A stretch of DNA of 64,000 bases from an uncultured Chloroflexia bacterium (GCA_963739865.1 CAVUCA010000011.1:25028-89027); one strand, 5' to 3'; counted from the first letter of the stretch, positions 48,847 through 58,847 are shown. Numbers and translations: made by a program. The notes: generated by a model from the letters alone, not told the origin.

Positions 48847-49269
48847 TTAATATTTCGTCTTTGTATCGTACTTCCAGCCGCTGACCGGCGGGCGGTTATT
48901 GGGCGGCGGGGGTTCCGGCATGCCCAAACGGAAATGCTCGCCGGTAGCCTTTCGCTTCCAGCGGGTGCGCTGGTTCATGGGATGGTTGAGGGTAATGGCC
49001 CCCTTTTGCCATAGCGGACAGCTTTCCACACACGCCCCGTCATACCAGCATTCATCGGGATACAGGATGACCGGGGGATGATGCGGGGTGGGGTTGGGCA
49101 TCAGGATGTCCATCACGCAATGTTCCACGCAGTTGTTGCAGCCGGTGCACACCTTCTCATCGAAGGCCACCGGGCTGCCCGGGGTGACCATATTGGGCAT
49201 CATACGGACGTCGGAAATGATCCCGTCAGCACTGTTGATATCTTTACCTTGCTGCATTTTTCGCGCCAT
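48847..49269 (-). CDS. 4Fe-4S ferredoxin-type small subunit (AprB-like)
   Basis: CTGCNNCVEHC and ECWYDGACVESCP cluster motifs. Lies 18 nt downstream of the flavoprotein gene. Confidence 0.75.
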   Translation of the reverse strand: MARKMQQGKDINSADGIISDVRMMPNMVTPGSPVAFDEKVCTGCNNCVEHCVMDILMPNPTPHHPPVILYPDECWYDGACVESCPLWQKGAITLNHPMNQRTRWKRKATGEHFRLGMPEPPPPNNRPPVSGWKYDTKTKY

Positions 49270-49287
49270 CGTTCGCTGCTCCTCTAT

Positions 49288-51263
49288 TTATAGTCCGGCA
49301 TGTTCCCGGTAATTTTTCTCCAGGTCGCCGTGGTAGTCGAGGGGCAGTTCGCCCACCTTGATGCCGTCTTCTGCCTGCTGGATGGTGACCCATTTCTGCC
49401 ATTCCGGCGGATTGATTTCCGGGTAATCGGTACGGACAAAACCCAGGTAGGAATTCCCCGCCTGCCGCGCCCGGCAGCCTTCCATGATCATTTGGCCGTT
49501 GGTCAGAATATTAAAAACTTCCAGCACCCGCACCAGTTCGTGGGGGTTGCGGGCGATCACGGATGCCGCCTCGCTTTTTTCCGTCTCGGCGAACCATTGC
49601 AAACCTATCTGCAGCAGGGTTTCGCTTTTTTCGGCGCCGCAGTAGTCCTGCATGATCTTGCACACCCCGGCATTGAGTTCCTTCCAGTCGAGGCCATTCT
49701 TACGCAGCACCGGGGCATAAACCCGGGCTTTCTCGGCCGCGATTTGTGCACGGTCAACTTCGGCCTCCGGCCGTCCAGCGGCATAAGCGGCGGCCCGCCG
49801 CCCGGCATACCGCCCGGTGGCCGCGGCATAAGCATGGTCGCCGTTAAAAAATATCTGTCCGCCGGCGGCGAACAGGCCGTCCAGGCTGGTCATGAGGTCC
49901 CAATCCACCACCGGGCCACCCCCCGAAACCACGCCGCCGCCGGAAGCCTGGCGCCACTTGGGGAAGCCACCCTGGTTATATCCCTGGAGCATATCTTGAT
50001 CCGGGTCGAAGCCGGCCCGGGTAAAAGTGCGGTAAACAGGGATGCGGGTCTTACCTTCCTGCCCGATCATCAGGCCGAAGATCGCCCGCCGTTCGTGCTC
50101 CGGCATGCCCGGCAGGTCGGCGTACAGCGGTAATTCGGCATCGAAAAATTTTGTCTCCGGGCTGACGGGGCCGAAAAATTCGCCGCCGCGCACCGGCATC
50201 ATCTGCGGGCCGCGGTAGCGGTAATCAGGCCCCTCGCCGCCCCCGGAGAGAAAGAAGCGCTGCCCCGGGGCGGGGTAGTAACGCTCGGAAACAGTCTTGA
50301 GTATCCGGCCGTCGCGGTCGACCCAGGGTATCTCTCTGCCCTTGGGCATCGACCATACTGCAGGCATACCAGGTATTGTGGGGATTGCCGTAGGCATATT
50401 GGGGATAACCGTAAGGCCCTGCGCCCCCCAGGGCTGGAGGCCTCGACACCGGCCATTACCGCCCCCGCTTTCCAGGCGAGGGCATGGCCGTCGCCGGTGA
50501 GGTTCGGGGTGCGGTGGCTGTAGGTCAGACCGCGGATCTCCGTGGAAAAGATCCACTGCCGCTGCGGGAAATACATGGAAAGAACCGAAGCTTTGCTTTT
50601 AAAGATGTAGAACTCCCCGGTGCGGGCATGGACCCCGGTAGCTCCGACCACTCGGCCGATAACCCGGCCGCCTGCTTTCCCATCCGCCGTCAAAAGGCTG
50701 GAAATAAAGGTATGGTCGTAGATCTGCACGCCCAGGCGTTGACATTCCTTATAGATGGCTTTTTTAACATTATGGCCCCAGACACGGGCGCAGTACTTGG
50801 CTGAATAATCGTAAGCAAACAACAATTTCGTGGCTTCGTCACGGAATTCGGCGCCCTGGAACTCGTCATCACGGTCGCGTACCCGCATGCCCATTTTTTC
50901 GATTTCCAGCAGGCAGTCGTAGCTTTCCTTACTGGTGATATATAAAGCCAGTCCGTTGCGCCAGCCACCCCGGCTGTCGAGCAGGGCTTGGGTGAATTCC
51001 TCCGGCGACAGTTTGCTGGCCGGGTTAGTCACGATGCAGTGCCAGTGGTCGACGCCGGAACCCCCCGCCCCCGAGGACACGGTGGCCCCCTTTTCCACGA
51101 GCACTACCCGGGCGCCTTTGCGGGCGGCGCCGATGGCCGCCCAGCAGCCGGCAATGCCGCCGCCCAGTACCAGCACATCGCAATGGACTTCGTTCTCCTT
51201 ACCGTAATGCACCGGGTAAGGCCAGCGGGGGGCCTGGTCATGGACCAGTTCGTCATATCGCAT
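49288..51263 (-). pseudogene. AprA-like FAD flavoprotein (fumarate reductase/succinate dehydrogenase superfamily), two frameshifts
   Basis: FAD motif VLVLGGGIAGCWAA. The frame changes at the C6 run at 50424-50429 (…ASSPGG / GAGPYGYPQYAYGNPHNTWYACSMVDA) and at the GGG at 50344-50346 (…MVDA / KGREIPWVDRDG). Confidence 0.8.
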
Positions 51264-51400
51264 GGCAATTCACTCCTCTCCGGAAAATAACATCGGGCAT
51301 TACTGCCCACGGTCCCGTTTAGTAATAAGTAAAATGATAGCCGGATTATACGCTTTCAGGGGCGGGAGGGAAAAGGGGGGAAAATAATATAGGGCAGGTA

Positions 51401-51453
51401 GGTTGTACCATCCTCAAGCCGCTCATACGTTCGACAGGCTCAGTATGAGCGGG
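51401..51453. repeat. GTTCGACAGGCTCA hairpin module
   Basis: CGCTCATAC (51420-51428) pairs with GTATGAGCG (51443-51451) around GTTCGACAGGCTCA. Confidence 0.7.
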
Positions 51454-51520
51454 ATATAAAACAAACGCCTATCCGTCGTCTTCTGGAGAGGCATAGCATG
51501 TTGTGCCCCCGGTAATTAAA

Positions 51521-51552
51521 GAAGGCGGGCTGTTTTTCCAGCCCGCCTTTTT
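51521..51552. terminator. GC-rich hairpin with T-run (plus orientation)
   Basis: AAGGCGGGCTG, 6 nt, CAGCCCGCCTT, then TTTT. A second hairpin AATCCCCCTT/AAGGGGGATT lies at 51566-51588. Confidence 0.4.
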
Positions 51553-51598
51553 TGTCAGTATTCTATAATCCCCCTTACCAAGGGGGATTTTTAGGGGT

Positions 51599-52072
51599 TT
51601 ATGCCGTCTTTGTTGCCGGCGCCCGGTACAGGGCAATGCCGATCAGTCCCAGGGCGAGCCCCACGATGATCATAAAGGCCCCGGTGGCCAGCACCACCTG
51701 GACCAGGCCGAAGGCGGTGACCGCCAGATACAGGTAGTTCTCCAGGTTCATGGCCTGGGCATAAGTCAGGTGTTTGGGGTTGGTGGGGTCGAAGCGGCCG
51801 TCACCCAGCAAGTCCTGGTACGAAGGGGAGATGGAGCGGCGGTGTTCGGCAATGAGGTCGGCGGCTTTCTGGGCATCGCCAGAGTTGTTGATGGGCGTGA
51901 GTTGGTCGGGTTGGTCCGGGTTTACCGCCAGGGCGACCTTTTCCACGTCCATGCGGCCGGTGATGAGGTTATTCTTACTGATGCCCTGGAAGATAAAGAC
52001 AGCCCCCATGACGATGGCTAACAGGCCGATAAGTGAAATGGCAAGGGATAAAAAACGGTTAGTATGCTTCAT
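51599..52072 (-). CDS. hypothetical membrane protein (N- and C-terminal TM helices)
   Basis: 157 aa from ATG 52072 (MKHTNRFLSLAISLIG…). GGGAGG lies 12 nt upstream. Confidence 0.6.
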   Translation of the reverse strand: MKHTNRFLSLAISLIGLLAIVMGAVFIFQGISKNNLITGRMDVEKVALAVNPDQPDQLTPINNSGDAQKAADLIAEHRRSISPSYQDLLGDGRFDPTNPKHLTYAQAMNLENYLYLAVTAFGLVQVVLATGAFMIIVGLALGLIGIALYRAPATKTA

Positions 52073-52313
52073 ATGGTTTCGACGCCTCCCTATTAATATT
52101 CCGGTATATTTCCGATCCTTCACAGCCGGTGGCTGCCAGGCTTTGTTGCCGGAATCATTGTTGACTAATATTATATACAATTCCGGCAATGCCGATGTGA
52201 TATTTGTCACGCAAAAACCGGTGTCTTCCTTGACTCCCGCGGTACCGCCTACCTATAATTAGCCCGGCGGCGGCAGCCGGAAGCATTATTTCAGAAAAAT
52301 AAGGAGGTATGTG

Positions 52314-53288
52314 ATGAACGTACTTGTAATCGGAGGCAGCGGCCTCTTCGGACGCAAAACGGTACTCCATATGCTCAAGGAAAAGGAAATCGACAAGGTG
52401 GTGTCCATGGACATGGCCCCGCCGACCGAATGGTTTATGAAGACCATCGAGAAATATAAGAACAAGTTCGCCTATTTCCGGGGCAACGTCTCGGAATTCG
52501 AGGACTGCCTGAACTGCATGAAAATGCACAAGATCGACCGCGTGGTCAACTGGGCTTTCATCATGGTGGCCGGCAATGTAGCCGTCGACCCCCGCCTGAT
52601 CACCAAAGTCAACGTGATGGGCATGAGCAACGCCTTCGAAGCGGCCAAGCTGATGGGCGCCAACCGGGTAGTCTATGCCAGCTCGGAGACGGTCTACGGG
52701 CCACAGGACATGTACGGCGACCGCGAAGTCACCGAAGAAGACCAGACCAACCCCACCCACTCCTATGCGGTATGCAAGAAATACGCCGAGATACTGGCGG
52801 CCGACTACAGCCAGCAGTTCGGCATGAAATTCACCGGCGTGCGGCCGACCATCGGTTACGGCCACGGCGGGCGTTCCCCGGCGCAATACTGGTCGGACAT
52901 GCCCTCCTTCGCTGCCCTGGGCAAATCGTATACCATGGAGACGGACGGCAAGAACCTGACCTCGCTGGTCTCGGCGGACGACCTGGGCCGGTTCACCACC
53001 CTGCTCATCAAAGCCCCCTCCTCTCCCCACCCCGTCTATAACGTAGGCGGGCCGCCGCAGACGCCGCGTGACCTGGCGGCGGCGATCAAGAAATACATCC
53101 CCGATGCCAAGATCGCCTTCGGCAAGAAAGGCATGCCGCCGCGGGGCGGACTACCCTGGTTAGTCAGCATGAAACATGCCATCGAAGACTTCGGCTTCGA
53201 ATGCGCTCCCATCGCGGAGTCGGTCCTGCTGCACCTCAACGACGCCCGCACGGAAGCCGGTTTACCCCCCATCAAAGCCAAAAAATAA
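52314..53288 (+). CDS. NAD-dependent epimerase/dehydratase family protein
   Basis: VIGGSGLFG Rossmann motif, catalytic YAVCK. AGGAGG lies 6 nt before ATG 52314. Confidence 0.88.
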   Translation: MNVLVIGGSGLFGRKTVLHMLKEKEIDKVVSMDMAPPTEWFMKTIEKYKNKFAYFRGNVSEFEDCLNCMKMHKIDRVVNWAFIMVAGNVAVDPRLITKVNVMGMSNAFEAAKLMGANRVVYASSETVYGPQDMYGDREVTEEDQTNPTHSYAVCKKYAEILAADYSQQFGMKFTGVRPTIGYGHGGRSPAQYWSDMPSFAALGKSYTMETDGKNLTSLVSADDLGRFTTLLIKAPSSPHPVYNVGGPPQTPRDLAAAIKKYIPDAKIAFGKKGMPPRGGLPWLVSMKHAIEDFGFECAPIAESVLLHLNDARTEAGLPPIKAKK

Positions 53289-53296
53289 CTGGATAA

Positions 53297-53329
53297 AAAC
53301 AGCGGCGGGTTTTACACCCGCCGCTGTTT
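53297..53329. terminator. hairpin between convergent genes
   Basis: AAACAGCGGCGGGT, 5 nt, ACCCGCCGCTGTTT (14-bp stem). Confidence 0.6.
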
Positions 53330-53371
53330 ACTAATACGAAACTCTAATTTCTAAGCTCAAAATCCTAACCC

Positions 53372-53740
53372 CTACACCCCGCCCAACCACTCCAGCAAGC
53401 CCCACTGCAAAACAAACAAAATCACACTGATACAAACGCCGAAACCAAGGCCTTTGGCGATCTCGCTTTTGCGGGTGATCCACGTCCCGGCCGCGGCCAG
53501 GATGGCAGCGCAGATCAGGCCGGCGTTGATGATGGTGAGGGTATTGGAGATCACCGGGACGCCCGTGTTGCCGGCGGCGTTGTGTATTAACTGGATGACG
53601 ACGGCCGCCGCCGCCACCAGCAAGACCGGTAATATTACGGCCAGGATGGCGGTGATGCGGGGCCGGGGGGCATCTTTCCGGGGCCGCAGCAGCCAGCCGA
53701 TCAAAATCACAATAAGAACCAGGGGGATGATGATAATCAT
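53372..53740 (-). CDS. hypothetical four-TM membrane protein
   Basis: 122 aa, four hydrophobic segments, GC-rich coding pattern. Confidence 0.55.
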   Translation of the reverse strand: MIIIIPLVLIVILIGWLLRPRKDAPRPRITAILAVILPVLLVAAAAVVIQLIHNAAGNTGVPVISNTLTIINAGLICAAILAAAGTWITRKSEIAKGLGFGVCISVILFVLQWGLLEWLGGV

Positions 53741-53965
53741 ATTTGTTACCTCATGACTGAATAACCGTACCTATTGTACTCTTACATCGAGTTCATTAAG
53801 AAACAACACACAAGGATTTTTCCATCCGGTATATTCGGTACTAAATAGCTATTACAAAGGTTTATCTATTATAACCATATTTATCTATTGTGCTGGTTTC
53901 TTTAGGCAGTTATTGTAATGATAAGTGTATTTATGATAACAAAAGGGATGTCCACCTGATCCATT

Positions 53966-54418
53966 ATGAGTATTTCCCATGGTAAAGCAGAAAATGGGCT
54001 TGCTTCTTGTCTCATGGATTTGAAACAAGATGAAACGCGTACCCTGGAACAAGACCCTTTAAGCCGTCTATTAGCCGATTTTCTAAATGAACTGGAATAT
54101 AATCAAAAAATAATAAAGGAATTTTCCGGTGGCAAATTATTGCCTTTGGAAACCGGAATGTGGGAAGCCAACCAGCGGATGGTACACCATATGATCCCTA
54201 ATTTGAAGAGAAATTTGACCGGGATCTATGATGATATCGGTCAAATAAATCATATGGTTTGGTTATCTACGGAGTTTAACCATAATAGTGCCAATATGTG
54301 TGCTCAGTATACGAATTTGTCTAAAAAAATCGCTTCGAATCTTGAGAAGATGATAAAAAGAATCAGGTGTTTTAACCAGGTGGAGAGGGCTTTATCACTA
54401 ATATCAATATTTGATTGA
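53966..54418 (+). CDS. paralog (probably a 5'-degraded copy) of the C-terminal domain of 32990..33835
   Basis: About 60% aa identity by eye over ~88 residues (IIKEFSGGKLLPLET, GIYDDI, VWLSTEFN, NLEK). It has no TM region. Weak upstream similarity (IHYEYF vs HHEFY) lies in another frame. Confidence 0.55.
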   Translation: MSISHGKAENGLASCLMDLKQDETRTLEQDPLSRLLADFLNELEYNQKIIKEFSGGKLLPLETGMWEANQRMVHHMIPNLKRNLTGIYDDIGQINHMVWLSTEFNHNSANMCAQYTNLSKKIASNLEKMIKRIRCFNQVERALSLISIFD

Positions 54419-54462
54419 TTGTTTTTATGGCGGTTGCATGAGGGTTGTTGCGATGAATATCA

Positions 54463-54933
54463 CTACTCGGGCTTTAAAGTAATCTCAACATCCCTGGCCT
54501 TCCATGATACCCCCTGGATGAGGTCGATATGCATCAGCCGCTCGAGTAAAGGAAGAGGTTGTTCAACCAGTATTATCATATTCAGTCCTTCACTTGAAGA
54601 CCCGCCAACCGACCGCACTCGAAAGTCATCGGATCTCTCCAACAATTCCTGAAGTTTCCTCATCCGGAGGTAGTTAACCGGTGGGTTTATTATTAACTTG
54701 ACTAACCCGCTATAGATTTCTGTAGTTGGTTTTTCTGGGGTCTTTGCTTTAACGGGACTCTCGCTTTCACTCTTTATATTATGCCCGGTCTCTTCAGTAT
54801 TTTGGGGATCAAATTCAGGTTGTGTATCATTATCCGGTTTGGTATTAGCTGTGGATATTTCATCAAGCCGGGCTGCATTCATTTTTTTAACTACATTTTC
54901 TATCAAATCATGGAACTGGTTCTCTTCAGTCAT
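54463..54933 (-). CDS. hypothetical protein (disordered acidic N-half, compact C-terminal domain)
   Basis: 156 aa, AT-rich, convergent with 53966..54418. No motif recognised. Confidence 0.5.
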   Translation of the reverse strand: MTEENQFHDLIENVVKKMNAARLDEISTANTKPDNDTQPEFDPQNTEETGHNIKSESESPVKAKTPEKPTTEIYSGLVKLIINPPVNYLRMRKLQELLERSDDFRVRSVGGSSSEGLNMIILVEQPLPLLERLMHIDLIQGVSWKARDVEITLKPE

Positions 54934-55306
54934 TTTTTACCCTTCCAAGTTTGCTACGTATTTATTAATTTTAGCAGAAATATTTGTGATAAGTACCCTG
55001 GCCCCCCGGACCAGGACGGCATAAGCTATCCCAGCCCCTGTTTTTGGTAATTTGTAATTTGGAAATTGGGATTTATTTGGAATTTGTTACTTGTGTTTTG
55101 GTGCTTACTTTGAGTTTAGAAATTAGCAACTGTCTTAGAATTTTTTTAACGCGTATTTTAGTGGGAAAGTAAAGGGAGAAGATTCGGGTGGCCTATTTTA
55201 CTCCGAAAGGGTGGCTGTTTTACCCCAAAAAACGCATCAATGGTCTCGCAGAGACAGTTGGAAAGGATTCGTTCCTTGCACCTTACTAGGGGGAAAGATA
55301 GAAAGG

Positions 55307-55369
55307 GGTTGTTGTACCAAGGTTCAGTTTTTCCCCCGCCCATACATTCGATGGAGCTCAGTATGAGCG
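55307..55369. repeat. GTTCGACAGGCTCA-type hairpin module, degenerate copy
   Basis: GGTTGTTGTACCA…CGCCCATACATTCGATGGAGCTCAGTATGAGCG parallels 51401-51453. Confidence 0.6.
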
Positions 55370-55440
55370 AGGAGAGAGAAGTAGTTAGTAGTTTTGGGTT
55401 ACGAAGAGAAAGGAGAACGGCGGAATGACAGAAAAACCAG

Positions 55441-55500
55441 GCAAGAGACTCTCACGCCCCGATTAGGAGGAAAGGGGATCGGGGCTCAGAGTGGTTTCTC
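55441..55500 (+). repeat. partial copy (5' half) of the 141-bp unit
   Basis: GCAAGAGACTCTCACGCCCCGATTAGGAGGAAAGGGGATCGGGGCTCAGAGTGGTTTC. Confidence 0.55.
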
Positions 55501-55786
55501 GTTTTATTCTTAATATTTTCTGGATATTTTCCATGGTTTTCTGATAATTGTCTGAATAATTTGGCAGGCAATGATACTTCTATTGAGTTTGTGCCGGCGC
55601 GGAGTAGGGCGTTGTTTCGCCGTATTCAGGCTGCGTGATTGTTCTCAGGAGTTCCTTTAACACAAGATCTATAAGCTATATGTTTCCCGTTTGTTCAGAT
55701 ATACTACAGAATAACCAATAATTGGATACTTGAAGCGTTGATAGTTCAGTAGTAGAATTATTGCCGACTCAAAGGAGATCTCGTTA

Positions 55787-56293
55787 GTGCATAATTCATC
55801 CCTTTCACCATCATCGTACGATTTCTATACCGCCGGATATTCCGGATTACGTATCGATACTTTTATGCAGAAGCTGAAGGACCGGAATATCGCTACTCTG
55901 GTGGATGTCAGGTATATGCCCTTAAGCCGTTTCCGGCCGGAATACAGTAAGAAAAATCTGGAAACAGCGCTGAATACTGAGGGGATCTGTTACCTGCATA
56001 AACGCGAATGGGGCGTACCAAAAGAAATCAGATCATGCTCGTTTGAAAATATAGAAAAAAACGATATCTGGAATTGGTACGATGTTCACGTGATGCCGGA
56101 CCTGTTAAAAAACTTCGATGGGTTTTTCAACTCTATCAGGAAACCATTTGTGATGATGTGCCTGGAACAAAATCCTCTCGATTGTCACCGGCACCGGATA
56201 TCATCGGGATTAATGAAAATCGGATTTAAAGGCCGTGACCTGTCTGAATTAGTACTCGACGATAAAGTAGGTTTGGTTACGAACGGTGGGTAA
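55787..56293 (+). CDS. DUF488 family protein
   Basis: YTAGYSG…LVDVRYMPLSRFRPEYSKKNL…CLEQNPLDCHRHRI matches the DUF488 pattern. GTG start 8 nt after AAGGAG. Confidence 0.75.
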   Translation: MHNSSLSPSSYDFYTAGYSGLRIDTFMQKLKDRNIATLVDVRYMPLSRFRPEYSKKNLETALNTEGICYLHKREWGVPKEIRSCSFENIEKNDIWNWYDVHVMPDLLKNFDGFFNSIRKPFVMMCLEQNPLDCHRHRISSGLMKIGFKGRDLSELVLDDKVGLVTNGG

Positions 56294-56439
56294 AAAAGAC
56301 CGTCCTGATAACGGTTAGAACTTATCCTGCCTCTGATAAAAGATACCCACTTTTTCGTGGGGACTCTGAGTACGCACCCGGATGCATGAATCATCATCGG
56401 CCTGTTTTATCCACCTAAGTGACTAGTAATAAATGACGA

Positions 56440-56885
56440 AATTTCTAATAACTTCCCGATTCTGTCGAAGGCGATCGAACGACTGCGAGTCGACCCGACT
56501 GTAAGTCGGACGTCTTACGGTCCCGATTCATACGGATTTTGTGGATTGGAGAAAATCTGTTATTCATACGGTTCCGATTTTCTTCGTGCATGCGGAATCT
56601 CCGAGATTTAAGGAGATGCCGGCTGCGGCCGGCAAAATCCTAAGGAAACTCAAAACCTTAAATTCAAAACTCCTAGTGAATTCAAGATACTAAATTCAGT
56701 TATGATGAGAAATCAGGATCATTTTTAACCCAATGATTAAGACTGCTTCGCCTGACTACGGTCAGCCTCGCAAAGACAGGAAGTAAGGAGGGAGACTCCG
56801 ACGTCGGCCGCCAGCGGCCTCCTCTGAGTGGTTGCCGGGGGGATACGGATCCTTCGGCCTTGCCTCAGGATGACAATCGAAAGGA
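56440..56885. repeat. mosaic of short palindromic modules (several families)
   Basis: Includes GATTCTGTCGAAGGCGATCG…, GACTGCTTCGCCTGACTACGGTCAGCCTCGCAAAGAC (56741-56777), GGAGACTCCGACGTCGG…CTCTGAGTGGTT (56788-56838), and GGATCCTTCGGCCTTGCCTCAGGATGAC (56847-56874). Confidence 0.7.
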
Positions 56886-56930
56886 TTTATGATTTATGAA
56901 TGGGGAGGCGGAGGGGGCTAAGCGGTAACT

Positions 56931-56964
56931 AAAAAAAGGCCCGCCCCTGAGGGCGGGCCTTTTT
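56931..56964. terminator. bidirectional rho-independent terminator (ends the transketolase operon)
   Basis: A7, AGGCCCGCCC, CTGA, GGGCGGGCCT, T5. Confidence 0.85.
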
Positions 56965-56983
56965 CTAAGGAAGAGGATTTCTG

Positions 56984-57943
56984 TTATTTTTTAACTAATT
57001 CCTTAACCGCAGCGATGGCAGCTTGCTGGTCGTAGCCGTATTTCGCCCGCTGTTCCGGCCCTGAGCCGAAGCCGGCATAAATCTGCGGGATGCCGAGCCG
57101 TTTGAATTTCTTGGGATAGACGCCGGTCTCGGCGAAGACATCGGCGATGGAGCTGGCCAGGCCGCCTTCCATCAGGTGGTCTTCCCAGACCAGGATATTC
57201 TTGGTCTCTTTGGTGGCTTTGACCACCAGTCTTGGTATCGATCGGTTTGATGGAATACATATCGACCACGCGTACATCGATGCCTTCCGCTTCCATGGCT
57301 TTGGCGACTTCGAGGGACTCGAAGACCATTTCGCCGTGGGAGAAGATGGTGACATCTTTGCCTTCACGCGGGGTGAGGCCCATGCCGATCTTGTACTTCA
57401 TATTTGCCCGGTTCATAGAGCACGCGGTCCTGTTTACCCTGGGCCAGGCGGATGTACAGGGGGTGGGGATAGGTCATGCTTAAGATCATGATATCGCGGA
57501 CCATGTTGGGGTCGCCGATAGAGAGGACGGTCATATTGACCATCGACTTTCATGATGGCGATGTCTTCCATGGCGTTATGGGTCGAACCGCCGCCGGAAG
57601 TCAGGCCGCCGCCGGTACCGATCATGCGCACCGGCAGGTCCTGGTAGCAGATCTCGGTACGGACCTGTTCGCAGGCGCGCATGGTCATGAAGGGGATCAT
57701 GCCCATGATGAAGGGAATATTGCCTTCCAGGGCCAGCCCGGCGGCAATGCCGGCCAGGTTCTGCTCGGCGATACCGACATCGATGTACCGGTCGCCACAA
57801 TCCTTCTTGAATTCCTTGATGGCGCCGCCGGTATCGGCGGTCAGCGCCCAGACATTTTTATGTTTGACACCCAGTTCATGTAAGGTGTCGCCAACGACGG
57901 ACCTTGCCGATAAGAAAGAACCAAAATTAAAAGTCTGTCTCAT
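56984..57943 (-). pseudogene. transketolase C-terminal subunit, three frameshifts
   Basis: MRQTFNFGSF…GIAEQN… then frame changes at the T3 run at 57548-57550, at about 57393-57410 and at about 57228-57234. It ends …AAIAAVKELVKK*. The start ATG overlaps the upstream TAA (TAATG). Confidence 0.8.
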
Positions 57944-58804
57944 TATGATGCACTCCTCGCTTTGGCATAAGCCGCTTCGACATCGGCGATCGCTTTGTCC
58001 ATGTCTGCCTTGCTCAGGGCACCGGCATGCCAGCCGACGTTCCTTTCCATGAAGGAGACGCCTTTGCCCTTGACGGTATTGGCGATGATGACGGTCGGTT
58101 TCTGGTGCGGTGACGGGGGGCAGCTTGTCCAGGGCATCGACGATCTGGGTCATATTATGGCCGTCGATCTCGACGACGTTCCAGTTAAAGGCCCGCCATC
58201 GGTTCTCATAGTGTTCAAAGCTCATGGCTTCGCCGGCCATGCTGGTCATCAACTGGGCGTTCTTGTCGACGATGCCGATCAGATTACCCAGTTTATAGGA
58301 ACCGGCGGTGTTGGCGGCTTCCCAGATTTCACCTTCGCAGGTCTCGCCGTCGCCCATCATGCAGAATACCCGGTGCGGCTGTTTGCTCTGTTTGGCGGAG
58401 AAAGCCATACCGACTGCCACCGCCAGCCCCTGGCCGAGCGAACCGGAGGAACATTCCACGCCGGGGAGGTATACTTTGCAGACATGCATGCCGTATTTGC
58501 TGTCCAGTTTGCCGTAGGTGGCCAGGATCTCTTCATAATCGAAAAAGCCCCGTAGCGACATGGCGATATACATGCAAACCGCGCCGTGCCCCTTGCTCAG
58601 GATAAACCGGTCACGGGTCGGCATCTGGAGGTCCTTGGGATCAACGTTCATACCGTGATGCCAGAGACCGATCAGGAGGTCGGTCATCGAAAGGTCGCCG
58701 CCGATATGCACCGCGCCCTCATAGTGACCGCACAGATTGAGCAGTTTCTTACGCATTTCAAATGCCAGGTCTTCAAGCCGTCTTACTTCTTTTGGATCAG
58801 CCAT
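57943..58804 (-). pseudogene. transketolase N-terminal subunit, one frameshift
   Basis: TPP motif GDGETCEGEIWEA. The frame change is at the G6 run at 58115-58120 (…DALDKLPP / SPHQKPTVIIANTVKGKG…). Confidence 0.85.
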
Positions 58805-58847
58805 ACATACTCCTTATATAAAATGAATTCCGTAACTACTAGTTCGA

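Noticed and set aside
49300-50133. 277-aa plus-strand ORF
   Set aside because: It is antisense to the AprA-like flavoprotein gene, whose own frames carry clear FAD-enzyme motifs.
52155-53030. 291-aa ORF on the minus strand
   Set aside because: It lies entirely antisense to the well-supported epimerase gene (52314..53288). It is Gly/Arg/His/Val-rich with no motifs, a typical shadow ORF of GC-rich coding sequence.
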